A stretch of DNA of 63,993 nucleotides, filler included, from Ionaspis alba (lineage: Eukaryota), in the NCBI GenBank assembly GCA_964255285.1. It is 6 parts of 6 records of this genome, joined end to end, with 100 filler letters (N's around TTAATTAATTAA, not from the genome) between each part and the next. Parts side by side here need not be neighbours in the genome. Positions count along the whole stretch, not along the records: positions 1 to 10,668 come from CAXUUL010000592.1; positions 10,769 to 21,382 come from CAXUUL010000593.1; 4 more parts are not named here. The stretch is one strand, 5' to 3'. Numbering within the stretch: the stretch's first letter is position 1; each line of letters starts with the position of its first letter. Positions 1 to 11,262 of the stretch are shown one piece after another. A program made the position numbers and the translations under genes. The notes beneath the pieces were generated by a model, which saw only the letters and a list, made by a program, of their open reading frames with translations, did no database searches and was not told where the DNA came from.

Positions 1-1325
1 GTCATCCCACCCCCATGTTCATCATCCCCCTTCACGCTGGGTAACCCCAGCTCCGCCCGCATCAAAAATTCCTTGCCGCCCCCGAACTGCTTGATCTTCC
101 ACACGATCGCACTCTTCTCCGGCGCGTAATGCACGCTACCAATATTTGTCCTGAAACGCGGGCTATCCGCGTCGCTGGGAACAGGTACCAGGATTTCCAC
201 ATTGTTCGCAGTACTCCGTCTCTTGAATTGCGCGCGTGCCTTGAGCACGTATTCGATCCGGCTGCCTGAGTGGCTGCGCACTTCGCTCTCCACCCAGATG
301 AGCGGTTTTACTTGCGTGTTTAGCCGGTACGACATCAGTTCGAATTCGCCGTCGGGCGGGATGAAGGAGATTGTGCGGTCGTTCTCGAAGCGCGAGAGCC
401 GGACGCATTGGTGGAATTTCACGTCCTCCATTTCTACGGCTTTGCCTCGGGTGGCGCGGCCCGTGGTCTCGAACATCGCTTTGTCGTTCAGACCCAGCCG
501 GAGCTCTGGCATGCCGCTTAGGTAACACTTCATTTTCACAGCGCCTAGGATCTCGGAACGCAGGACATTGCCGGTGGAGCTGACAAGGAGGTTGAGCGAT
601 TCGACAACGTCAAGGAAGACTTCGTTTTTGCGGTAGCGGATGCCTTCGCTCCGCCAGCTGACGGCGTTTGTGACAGCGATAGGAGGTCGGGCTTGGACTT
701 CGAGCTTGTGCGATTCTTGGGTAATGTACTCTTGGAGGATTTTGGTTTCTGTGGTCTGCGGGTAGCCGAAGTCCATCATCTCGTCGAGTAACTCGTATAT
801 GATCACAAAGTTGTCGCGTATCGACTCTTCCTCGAGCTCTTTGAAATACTCGGTGAAAACCTCGACGATCTTGTGCAGGAAAAGCAGGATTTCGGCAGCA
901 TTGGTATTGCGTTTTGTCAGGGCTAGGAGGTAGAGGTTCGAGTGTCTAATGTAGAGGTACTGTAGTGCAAGATGAAGGATTAGCATGATTTTATCTTCAC
1001 TTGAGCATGAAGTAGTGCTCTTGGATCCAGTCGCGGACTCGAGCATGGCCCGAAGAGCTATGATAGCCACCACCTCAACTCTAGCGGTATGCACATACAT
1101 TGATGCCTTCGTCCGAGAAACAAGGTGGTACAGCGGAGCTCTCTTCTTCTGCTTCACTTAGGAGGATAGGAAATTTTTCCACTGCGGACATGGGTATGTC
1201 GCCTCTATAATTCCGAGCAAGAAGCGTCTGACGGTATGATCAGCATGTTTTGCATCACTGTAATGGCTAGTTGCACTTAATCTCACCTTGCCCTTCAAGT
1301 CAAGGAAGAACACCGCTGAGGCCAT
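1..1325 (-). CDS. APM1: AP-1 clathrin adaptor complex subunit mu-1 (3' partial, at least 2 introns)
   Basis: Spliced translation MASAVFFLDLKGK|TLLARNYRGDIPMSAVEKFP...DEGIN|YLYIRHSNLYLLALTKRN...EEESIRDNFVIIYELLDEMMDFGYPQTTE...SWRSEGIRYRKNEVFLDV; GT-AG introns near 1228-1286 and 960-1098. Confidence 0.95.
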
Positions 1326-1999
1326 GGTTTCGAAAGTGTGGCCTCAGGGGTTGATGCAAAGGAAATGGTAAAGAGCTTCTTGTCGGGTCAATCCATCAGT
1401 AGGAAGAATCTTGTAACACTCATGCCTTCTCGCCCAAGGTCATGAACTTGGCCATCAGCGGTGCCTAAGCTTGCCCTTTCCGCATCGCGAATATCAAATC
1501 CCACCACCCAATTCGTCCTAGCGTCCTTCACTGCCGCTATAAACAATCCCATTCGCAAAAATTCCACTTTCCTACTAACGCGCCCAATAGACAGTGCAAC
1601 TCAACAGCTTCACGACTGGCCTGGCATTCTGTCAGGACCAACGCTGGAATACCCATTGCTGAAACTTGCGATTTTGTGGCTGCGGAGAGGAAGTTATAAT
1701 GGTCTCATAAGAACTGGCCGAGTATTTTTTACTGTTGCGCGGGCGGTGTCAGAGAGACCGCACAAATGTTTTTTCTTTTGAACCTTCCAACTTGCTCTAA
1801 GCAATGTCCTTTCCAAAATTCCTGTCCTATTTTGATCGATTGTGGCTACGCACGTACAAATGCCTATATCTTAAAGCAATAGAGGCGACAATCCTCAAGA
1901 ATGACATCTGTTCTAGATATACAAAAGGTTGGTTTGGAAGGGAGTCGCTCGAACGCCACCAATATGCAGTAAATATCTACATTACAATCGACAGTATTG

Positions 2000-2917
2000 T
2001 CATGTTCGCAAACCGAGAGGGCCCAGTACCCGTTCCCGTGCAATTCGATTCGCAATCTCTCCACCTTTCTGCAGAGCTACAGCCCCAACAATTGCATATA
2101 GTGCCTGAGCAAGCGCAAGATCAGAACCGGATCTAACAAGATCACTAGCCTGTTGTTATTGGATTAGCATTCTTCATTATCCAGTAACATTTTCATGATT
2201 GCACAACTTACCTTTCTCGGCTTCCATCTCAAGACTGTCATAAGACCGTACCGCTCTGCGATGCCCGATAACGTCCTTCTGTCTGTCATTTTCGTCCTAT
2301 TTTCCGCGTTTAATTGCGGCAGAGAATTTAACGCTGGATGCTCGAAAGGCGTTCGTGTAAACGAGTCTGGAAGAAGTGGAGCTGTCGCTGTACTTGTTGG
2401 CGAGTTGAGGAGGGCCAGTGAAGTCTGTAGATCCACTATCCTCTTGCCTATACAATAGTGAGATCAGTATGATTAATTTCTCTGCGAATAACCTGTGTAG
2501 CTCACCAAAGAATGCCAATCGATCGTTGTACCCTCTCCGTCCCTGGTCAAAGCTCTTGTGCGTAACAGCAAGCCATCGAACCTCCTCCGTGAGTAGTCGA
2601 TGTTGCCCATTGCCCAATATATTTTGATATACCTGATCTAATCTCCGAGGGTCCTCGTTTACGATATAGTCATTAAAAGGAACTCGAGGGCGTAGTCGTA
2701 CAGGGGCTACCATCGCCGGTGGCGTGTGCCGCCATCGAGGCCGATCTGCACTCTCAACCTCCATCTCGTTGTTTCTTCTCGTTGAGGTAGCGATGCCTCG
2801 CGTGTTTGAGGATCTGGATTTATGAAATGCATTTCTGCAGGAGCATTGGCATGTTGTATTTGGTCGAGGAACAAATGTGCTCGCCTTGTAAGCTGCGTAC
2901 CGGAGTCGGGGAGGCAT
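2000..2917 (-). CDS. MRPL15: Mitochondrial large ribosomal subunit protein mL57/MRPL15 (RNase III-like domain), 2 introns
   Basis: WLAVTHKSFDQGRRGYNDRLAFFG|KRIVDLQTSLALL...RWKPRK|...LYAIVGAVALQKGGEIANRIARERVLGPLG; Arg/Ser-rich N-terminus resembling a targeting peptide. Confidence 0.85.
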
Positions 2918-3073
2918 TGAGGATGACAACGCTATGGTGATGCCTGCCTGCTTACCACTGCAATAGTAGTAGCCATACAGATTTTGTTAGATCGTGTATC
3001 TACATTTCTCTGATCCTTGTAATCCACAAAGTGGCGCTAAGCCTGAACTGGCCAGGCCCTTGTTGCATCACGG

Positions 3074-3080
3074 CGCGCGT
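3074..3080 (-). promoter_or_regulatory. Putative MCB-like element (ACGCG) upstream of RTT109
   Basis: CGCGCGT about 85 nt upstream of an S-phase gene; short motif that could occur by chance. Confidence 0.3.
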
Positions 3081-3163
3081 CTTCCTCTCGATCCTCTTGT
3101 ACGCAGCGCTGTCACTACTCCTCAAGTCACCGACAGGAGTGCTCAAAAGCATGCCTAATCAGT

Positions 3164-4891
3164 ATGGAACCTTGTTCGGTCCCCACGCTTGTTCGACGCC
3201 TTGCTGAAGCTCTTCCACGAGATCTACGCTTGACGGTCCACCATCTCTCCTCGTTTCCGGCTCCCTGCCCAGCCATCTTCTCGCCGGCGCCCCAAGAAGA
3301 TGAGGAACCTACACAGTGCGAGTCGCATTTCCTTAGCCTTGCAATTGATGTCAATGGCACGAAGGTCCAAGTGTTTGCCATAGAGGTCCTGATTTATACC
3401 ACCGATACCCTTACAACACTCTTCGTCTCTAAAGCGGACTCCACAGGCTACCTCCATCTACTCAACATTCCCATTGGGACGCCTTCGCCTTTAAGGACCG
3501 TTGTCTCGACTTTCCTTACATATCTGGTAGACACCAGGAAGCGCGATGGAATCCGACTCGTCCTCTCCTTCTTCGCCAGGGCACAGAACCAATACCTCTT
3601 TCCCGGCAGCATAGAGAATCCTCACAAGCACGTTCTCGACGATAGAGGCTTGATAAAATGGTGGTGCAAAATCTTGGATGATATTCTCCGAAAATACCCT
3701 GTGGGAACTATTTCGACTGAGCCTCGGGAGAGCTCATCCCACCGTGACCCATCTTCGTTCACTTCTCTTGGTTATTTGCGCGTGCCAGGCTGCGACTTCT
3801 ACGAAACGAAAGCCTTCTTCCCAGCCTCAGCTCGACACGACTCACCCTCTCACCCTCTCTGGCACCCCACAGATCCCCTTCGCGCCCTAGGAAACCCACC
3901 TACAGTACCCGAGCGCAGCCTCATTCCTCGCTTCCCAGATGATCCCAAAGCCCGCTTCGTCATCGATCTGGACGATGAACTCCCTGACACATCCTCCCAG
4001 CAAATCCAAGACTCACCCTCCAAGCATCGCGAGGCAGGTCAATGGCGCAGCGTTAGGAGTTTGGAACAATTCTGGGAGATGATGGCATTCAGGCAGGAAT
4101 GTGCTGCTGGAAGGCTGGTCGGTTTCATCTGGGGTGTATTCACTCCAGGAGAGCTTGTTGGGCGACCCTTCGAGACGCAGGCAGAGAATTCCAATCTGCT
4201 CACGAAGCAGGTGCAGCCACTAGATCCAGTACTTCTCACACCTCTTCCGTCACAGATCCCAAATGACCCATTACTCGCCCCCGAATCGCCATTACGCTCT
4301 TCAAGTTCTTCCCAAGCCCTCCTGCTTTCGCCAGTATCTCCATCGCAGTCTCGACAGCTAGAACCTCCCTCGTCCCCTGTCCTTGCTCCTCTCACTCCAC
4401 ATGCCATGGCCAGCACTCTCGCGTCCCAGCCGACCCCTCAACCTTTACCACCTCCGCTTGCTCCAGCCATCGGCCCAACAGAACTCTCGCTCCCTCTTCG
4501 AGCTTACGCACGCTGCATTTCTCTCCTTGAACGCCTCGACTACGCGGATGTGGACACTGCTACGGACAGTACGCGCAAGTGGCTAGAAGCGGTAGCGGAA
4601 GAGGCAGGAGTACGGGAATGGGGAGTCGGGGTTGTGGGAACAAGGGCACCGAGCGCCGGGAATGGTTTTAATATGGTCGACAGAAACGGAAGCTGCATGG
4701 CCAACGGCGGGGTGGTTAATGGTAATGGTGACTGTGTGGCCGTTCTAGGAACCGATTTTGTGAGGAGGAAGAAGAGGCCCGCAGGAGAAGGGACGGTGGA
4801 GGATAGTGGTTCGGCAAACGGAGATGAAGTGCGAACGCTGGAAGTTGGGCTAGTAAGGAAGAAACCGAAGATTGTCAATGATCAGACTTGA
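3164..4891 (+). CDS. RTT109: Histone H3K56 acetyltransferase Rtt109 (HAT-KAT11)
   Basis: Motifs FVSKADSTG, FARAQNQYLFPGS, KHVLDDRGLIKWW, IPRFPDDPKARF, FWEMMAFRQEC; basic C-terminal tail. Confidence 0.92.
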   Translation: MEPCSVPTLVRRLAEALPRDLRLTVHHLSSFPAPCPAIFSPAPQEDEEPTQCESHFLSLAIDVNGTKVQVFAIEVLIYTTDTLTTLFVSKADSTGYLHLLNIPIGTPSPLRTVVSTFLTYLVDTRKRDGIRLVLSFFARAQNQYLFPGSIENPHKHVLDDRGLIKWWCKILDDILRKYPVGTISTEPRESSSHRDPSSFTSLGYLRVPGCDFYETKAFFPASARHDSPSHPLWHPTDPLRALGNPPTVPERSLIPRFPDDPKARFVIDLDDELPDTSSQQIQDSPSKHREAGQWRSVRSLEQFWEMMAFRQECAAGRLVGFIWGVFTPGELVGRPFETQAENSNLLTKQVQPLDPVLLTPLPSQIPNDPLLAPESPLRSSSSSQALLLSPVSPSQSRQLEPPSSPVLAPLTPHAMASTLASQPTPQPLPPPLAPAIGPTELSLPLRAYARCISLLERLDYADVDTATDSTRKWLEAVAEEAGVREWGVGVVGTRAPSAGNGFNMVDRNGSCMANGGVVNGNGDCVAVLGTDFVRRKKRPAGEGTVEDSGSANGDEVRTLEVGLVRKKPKIVNDQT

Positions 4892-5434
4892 GTCAAAGGT
4901 CGGCATTTTGGGTAGCGATGCATTGCGGAATGGCGTTGGATACGGTTTTAGTATGGTTATACGATTGGCATTTGTCATGATCTTTAGGGATTGGCTGCAT
5001 TGAGGCATTGGATATTATTGGAGTTGGGAAGGTGTATGCCGCATTTGGATCGGGCATCTGGTTAACGTTGAATCACAGTGGGACCTTTGGTTTGTTTAGC
5101 AATTATGTGAGATCGTGCCGAAAAGCTAGGCATCGCCTTTCGGCATCATGGCAGAAATTATCCAGGAGACTATGGTCGACCAATGAATACGGTATCGAAT
5201 AATCAATGCTTTTTTCGAGTTATCTAGGACCCTTTTATACATTAAGACACTAGAAGAGCAGATGAACGAAAAGGGGTTACCGTGTTGAGTAAGAAACCCT
5301 GTTCCTCCCACCAGACTGCAACGGTAGGGATGGTTACTCGCTCCTCTTTGACTCTTTCGGGCTCGATTGTTGAAGACGGGCCACATCAGACTCAACGTCA
5401 GAACCACTCGTTCTGTGAACTTTCCTCTTTACGT

Positions 5435-6882
5435 CTATACGCCCAACTTCTCACTCGCCATCCTTACACCCTTCACCCTATTCGCAACTTTCTTAAACGC
5501 AACCTCCCTCGCAAAATCCGGCCCCTCATGCTTCGGCTTCACATCAATACTAAAAGGGCTAAAACCACAATCATCCGTCGCCCCCAACTGACTCTTATCA
5601 ATCCACTTCGCCGCCTCCACCACCTGCTCACATACCTCCTCCGGCGACTCAATTCGCGGATTCAAGGGGTTGATGACGCCCACAAAAGCGACTTGCTTGA
5701 CGCCGTTCGCGTCTTTGCGGATCGCTTGCCCGATTTGCTTGTAGATGGAGGCTTTGTCCTTCTCGGACGCGAGCTGGATGAGGAAGTAGCCGGCGTTCAT
5801 GGCGAAAAGGGAGGGGAGGAGGGCGCTGTAGGGGACTTCGCCCGAGTGCACGCTGTCGCAGTCGCCGCCGGGACAGGTGTGGATGCCGATGTTTTTGCGC
5901 TCTTCTGCGGTGAAACGGTTGAGGACTCTGGGGCAGGGTTAGTATTGGAGGACGTGAATGATAATATCGTGCCCGCACTTGTTGTTGAGGTCGACGAATG
6001 TCTGGAGGAGTTCGGCGCCTGTCCATGGGTTTCGAGGATCTTTCTTGGAGGCAAGTCGGCCTGGGAACGTTGTCAATTTAAGTGAGACCGATATGAGGAG
6101 CACCAGTGATGACCTTCTGTGAAGTCGATTGAGACCCTTTGAGCACCGGCTTCGAAGCAGCCTCTGATGTCCTTCTCGCACTATGAATACGAACAAATCA
6201 CGTCAACGGTGCCCGTCATGAAAGAGATTGGAGAGAATGCTTGGAGGCGTACCTCGTTAACTAAGTCTTTGACGAACTGCTCCTTGGAATAACCCTCGAC
6301 CTCTCCGTTCAGGGGATATAGCAAATAGAGCATACTCGGAGCAATCACAGCCTGTTTCATTGGCTTCCCTTGAGCAAACCCTTTGCTTTTCTTGAAATTG
6401 TCATAGGCATAGGTCTTGTACTTCAGTGGTCCGCTGACCAATCGAGGTAGTTGACGGTGGTGTCCATCGTCAAAGATAGCAAAGTATTGCCCGTCGGCAG
6501 CGAGATTGTCAGCCAAGCCTGTCCCGCCGAGGGTATCGGTAATGGGATAGGTGGCGAAGGAAGACGCTCGCTGTTCTCCATCTGTGATGAGCGTCTCCCC
6601 TGCTTCGCTCATTTTTAGAAGGGAGTCTTCGGCGGCTTTGTCTTGAGCCTTGACCAGCTCATCTCGAGTGATCGTGCCAGCGTCATAGTCGGCAAAAGCT
6701 TTCTGGAGGTCTGATAGGGATCAGAAGATTGATCACAGGCTTTCGATACCATAGGACAATGGTACAGGTTTCGAAAATCTAAAAGAGAAAGGATATAGCA
6801 GAAAGATATGTGCTGAAAAGAAAAGGGTGTTCACACATGTCGGACGAGGCAGAGAGCCAACAACTTCGGTGGGAATGGGCAT
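5435..6882 (-). CDS. Stand-alone cobalamin-independent methionine synthase catalytic-domain (MetE-core / UROD-MetE-like) protein, 4 introns
   Basis: Spliced MPIPTEVVGSLPRPT|YLQKAFADY...ITDGEQR...KQAVIAPS...SIDFTEG|RLA...GIHTCPGGD...LGATDDCGFSPF; Zn-ligand H-x-C and DCG motifs. Confidence 0.85.
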
Positions 6883-7588
6883 GCTGGACGTTCTCGTCTC
6901 AGTATATGAAGTTAGGGTGCTACAGAATGCCAGATAAGAACAAGCCGTGATCAGAGGAGTTGAAAACAGAAAACAGCTTCCTGAGACACAAAGAAGAGGT
7001 AGGCTCCTGGGACAAGTTGCCCCTCATCTGATGAGCAGACTTCGCCATTGTTGACATGAGCGCAGCGGACATGATCGCGACGCCGTGACGCCTGAGCATG
7101 TATTTCATTGGTCTGTTGTGAGGAAAGGAGCTGCTATTTAGTCCTCCTCAGCCATGGGCTCCTCACACAGGGTCTTGGCCAAAAAAGCAGAGGTGGGCAG
7201 GACGGACCAAGACGGGAAAGATCTGATGCGGGGTTCAAATTCCCGCTCTTGATTTGTTTTTCCTGATCCGCGCTATTGAACAGACTTAGCGCAAGAGACA
7301 AGAAAAGTGGCGTGTGGTATTCAGAGACAGAAGAAATGTTTCGAGCCAGCTCTGTAGAGAATCCATCAACGGACTCTCGTCAGGGAACCAAGCAAAAACA
7401 CAACGATCGGACTTAGGTCTTAGGAGCACAGACCATCACAGTAGGGCTGTAATAGTAGATAAGCGAGCTAGACGTCAAGTTGTCCTCCTCTACTCCGTAC
7501 CCCTTGCTACTCTACACTATTACCGACGACGAGAGTACGAGTTTTCGAGGCTTTGAGCTCTTAGCTTTACAGCATATATTCCGGAGCT

Positions 7589-8006
7589 ATGCATTCCACC
7601 ACCTGCATTATTTTCCTCATTTCGTTGGCTGTTATGGCGTCGGCCCAATTCCAATTCTTCGAGCAGATGTTCCAAGGGCAACAACAGCAACAACAACAGC
7701 CTCAGAACGTTCCTAGCGATTCGAGCTGGTATCAGCAGAACTATGCAGCAGGTTCGTCTTCAGCCTGAGCATGATGCGCCTGCTGGAAGAGGACCGGCTA
7801 ACGTCACATCAGCTCGTTGCGACAACTACCTCTGTCCGGGAACTCTGTCATGTGTCCACTTCCCCCATCATTGTCCCTGTGCCTTTCCAGCAGTTGAAGA
7901 CAAAGTCGAGCTCGGTGATGGCATCGCGATTTGTGTATCAAAAGGAGGATATAAAGCAGGGGAGGCAGCGAGAAAGATTGAGCTGGCGAGGAAAGGACTT
8001 CTTTGA
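7589..8006 (+). CDS. LCL2: Long chronological lifespan protein 2 (signal peptide, ERAD-related), 1 intron
   Basis: [52 protein letters not shown]|..[21 protein letters not shown]...ICVSKGG...[10 protein letters not shown]. Confidence 0.9.
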
Positions 8007-8581
8007 GCTTTGAGCAATAATACAGTCAATCATGATTATCAAGATACAAGATATCGGGGACAAGACGCCAGATTCTGCACCACTGGAGTCGATAGTCCAC
8101 CAATCTACGATCGTTTGTACCATCCACTGCCTTTTTGAAGGAGGTCCACATAGCAACCAATCGGGCCTTGAACTCGAACGCGACAAGAATATTTATGAAG
8201 GCCACGAAATGCGTCTGGCATGCATTCAGCGCTGGCTACGCGATGTACCGGAATCCTTGACCGGCAGATCGTATGCAGCTACTTTGCGACCTAAGACTAC
8301 CCCACACTTTTGGAACGAGTCATGATCAGCAAATTCGTCCCGCGCCAGATTACCTCGTCACTTTACTCCACCACCGTGTGAACCCCATTGATATAGGTTG
8401 CAGGAGGCCAATTAGAGTTCAGCATTGCCGATTGCTCAAGGCTGGTCCTTGTATCCGGCCGAGGTGTTTGTAAATAGAGCGCCCCTATAGAGCAATGCAT
8501 GCCTCTGAATTCATAACCACTGTTCCAAAATTGCTTCGTTCATTTGCTTGCTCTCCTATTTCTACTTGTGCAATCTTGACC

Positions 8582-10664
8582 ATGACGACCCACGAAGAAG
8601 GCCGAGAGTATGATGTTATTCTGGCAGGAGGTGAATGCCAATCAGTGGTTAATCTCTCCTATTATGCATCCAAATTGACACTGAAAATACAGGTGGGACT
8701 GCTGCGTGTGTTATCGCTGGACGTCTTGCTCAAGCCGACCCCGATCTTTCGATCCTAATCGTTGAGGGAGGCAAGAACAACCTCAACGATCCTACGGTCA
8801 CAAACCCAGCCATCTTTCTCGCCCATCTCGCGCCCGACTCCCAAACTGCTATTTTCTACAAGTCGAAAGCGAGTGAACATCTGGCCGGCCGGGAGGCTAT
8901 TGTACCATGTGGCGGCATTTTAGGAGGCGGGAGCTCGATCAACTTTATGATGTATACAAGGGGGCAAGGATGTGATTTCGACAGCTGGAAGACAGAGGGA
9001 TGGGACTTTGAAAGTTTGCTTCCTTTCTTCAAGAAGGTAAGTGCTTAGAATCCTCCCACATGCTATTCGCTAACAGGAATTCAAGCTCGAGACATACCAT
9101 CTCGATGATGCCTCTGTTGACAAGAATGTTCATGGCTATGATGGTCCTATCAATATCTCGCGTGGTCCGCACTCTGCCAAAGGACCGGAAGACGACTTCA
9201 TGGCATCGGCTAAAGCGCTAGGATATGATGAAATATTCGATTTGCAGGACTTCAAAGCTTGCGGGACCTTTTCAGTGATATTCTTCCTACATCCTGTTGC
9301 AACATTCTTTACTGACAACCGATTCCCAGCGCTGGGCACGTTACGTATCGCCCGACGGCCAACGCCAAGATGCTGCACATCGCTACGTTCACCCCCTGAT
9401 GGCCTCCGGCAAATACCCGAACCTCCATCTCCTTCTCGAAAGCAAAGTCTCCCGCGTCCTCTTCGATGGCACAAAGGCAACTGGCATTGAATACACCCCT
9501 TCCCACTCCTACCAAGCCACCATCGCCCTTAGCAAGCCCGTTGCCAAAACTATCAAAGCCAGAAAGATGGTTATCGTCTCCGCCGGCGCCCTTGGCACAC
9601 CCTCGATCCTCGAGCGTTCTGGTGTGGGCAATCCGGACCTACTCAAGAAACACTCCATCCCTGTAGTCTCCGCTCTTCCCGGAGTTGGCGAGAATTACCA
9701 AGACCATCATCTAATCCTCTATCCCTACAAAACCACCCTGAAACCCGATGAGACAATCGACGGTCTCCTCTCCGGCCGCCTCGACTTCGGCAAAGCCATC
9801 GCCGATAAGAACCCCATCCTAGGCTGGAATTGCATCGACATCTGCTCCAAGCTGCGTCTCACCGACTCGGAAGCCACTGCTTTGGGTCCCGAGTTCAAAG
9901 AGCTTTACGACCGCGACTTCACCCCATACCCCGAGCGGCCCCTCATGCTCATGGGTGTCGTTTCATCCTTCCTCGGCGACCACAAAGTCCTTGGCGAGCC
10001 CGAAGGCCAGGAAAAGCAGTACGCGACCATGGGCACATATACCGCGTACCCCTACTCGCGAGGCAGCATCCACATCGCGTCCACGGACGCCAGCGTACCA
10101 GCTGATTTCGACACGGGCTTTTTCTCCCACCCTGCGGACGTCAAGAAGCAGATCTGGGCGTATAAGAAACAAAGGGAGCTTTACAGGCGGACGAATGCAT
10201 TCGCCGGGGAATTGGAACTCGGACATCCGAAGTTCAAGGAGGGGAGTAAGGCGGCGCTTGTGGAGGGACCGATTGTCAAGGGCGGGTTTACCGATGTGGA
10301 AAGTAGGAAGGTGCCGGATATTGAGTATTCGGAGGAGGATGATAGGGCGATTGAGGAGTGGGTTAGGGGGAATGTTAATACGACTTGGCATAGTCTGGGA
10401 ACGTGTAAGATGGCGCCGAAGGAGCAGGGCGGTGTGGTGGATAAGGATTTGAGTGTTTATGGGACGCAGGGGTTGAAGTTGGCTGGTAAGTTGTTATTTG
10501 GTTCTGTTTTTCTGGTTCTTTTTAGGGCGGATACTGATTTCTTGCTCTCTGCAGATCTTTCTATTTGCCCTGAGAATGTCGGCGCCAATACAAATAATAC
10601 GGCTCTCATGGTTGGCGAGAAGGCAGCCTCGATCTTCGCGAAAGAGCTTGGGATAAAGCTGTAG
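8582..10664 (+). CDS. GMC oxidoreductase, alcohol oxidase-like (AA3_3), 4 introns
   Basis: YDVILAGG|GTAACVIAGRLA FAD fold, GGILGGGSSINFMMYTR, VGENYQDH, TWHSLGTCKM and NTNNTA (His/Asn catalytic pair); no signal peptide. Confidence 0.9.
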
Positions 10665-10668
10665 ATAT

Positions 10669-10768
10669 NNNNNNNNNNNNNNNNNNNNNNNNNNNNNNNN
10701 NNNNNNNNNNNNTTAATTAATTAANNNNNNNNNNNNNNNNNNNNNNNNNNNNNNNNNNNNNNNNNNNN
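10669..10768. other. Artificial scaffold linker N44-TTAATTAATTAA-N44
   Basis: Six-frame-stop spacer flanked by Ns; the same 100-nt unit occurs five times. Confidence 0.97.
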
Positions 10769-11262
10769 AGATACCCAGGATTTGTGACTTCCCGATAATT
10801 TATGGCACAAGTCCTTTTGGTTTGCCAAATTTTGTACGGGCCGAGTGCCCAGCTAGCAGCATATAGTACACAATAGTTCAGGTGGATTTGAAGCAACCGC
10901 GGATATGATATCGCTCATCAATGTTGTCAACTGCTCTATCAAGAGTCGCTTCAGCTCTTTCATAGATGCAGCTCCTTCAGACAATTAGCAGCTCAGCGGG
11001 CTTTCATAAGAAAATCGACTCTGTGCCTTTGGACTTCCTTCCTAGAACGTGGTTCTAGCTAGCATGGTAATAAAGTTCTAAGAAACCGAAACACTATAGT
11101 ATTTCATGCTATTATCAGCTCACCTATGCTATGTGGCTAATTGATCAAGCTTATGGGGTTTTTCTCGAGCAAGCGACCTAAGGTAGGCAAACTCACCCCG
11201 AGTATTCCTAGCCACAACCACCATTGCACCTTTATAGACGCGAAGTCCTGGACATGCCGTTA

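Noticed and set aside
5282..6085. 267-aa plus-strand ORF
   Set aside because: Antisense shadow of the MetE-core gene; no recognisable motif
7228..7246. tRNA T-arm / B-box-like hairpin GCGGGG-TTCAAAT-TCCCGC
   Set aside because: No matching acceptor stem, D-arm or anticodon arm upstream
10713..10724. Periodic TTAATTAATTAA repeat every ~10.7 kb
   Set aside because: Always embedded in N44 flanks; a synthetic all-frame-stop linker, not biology
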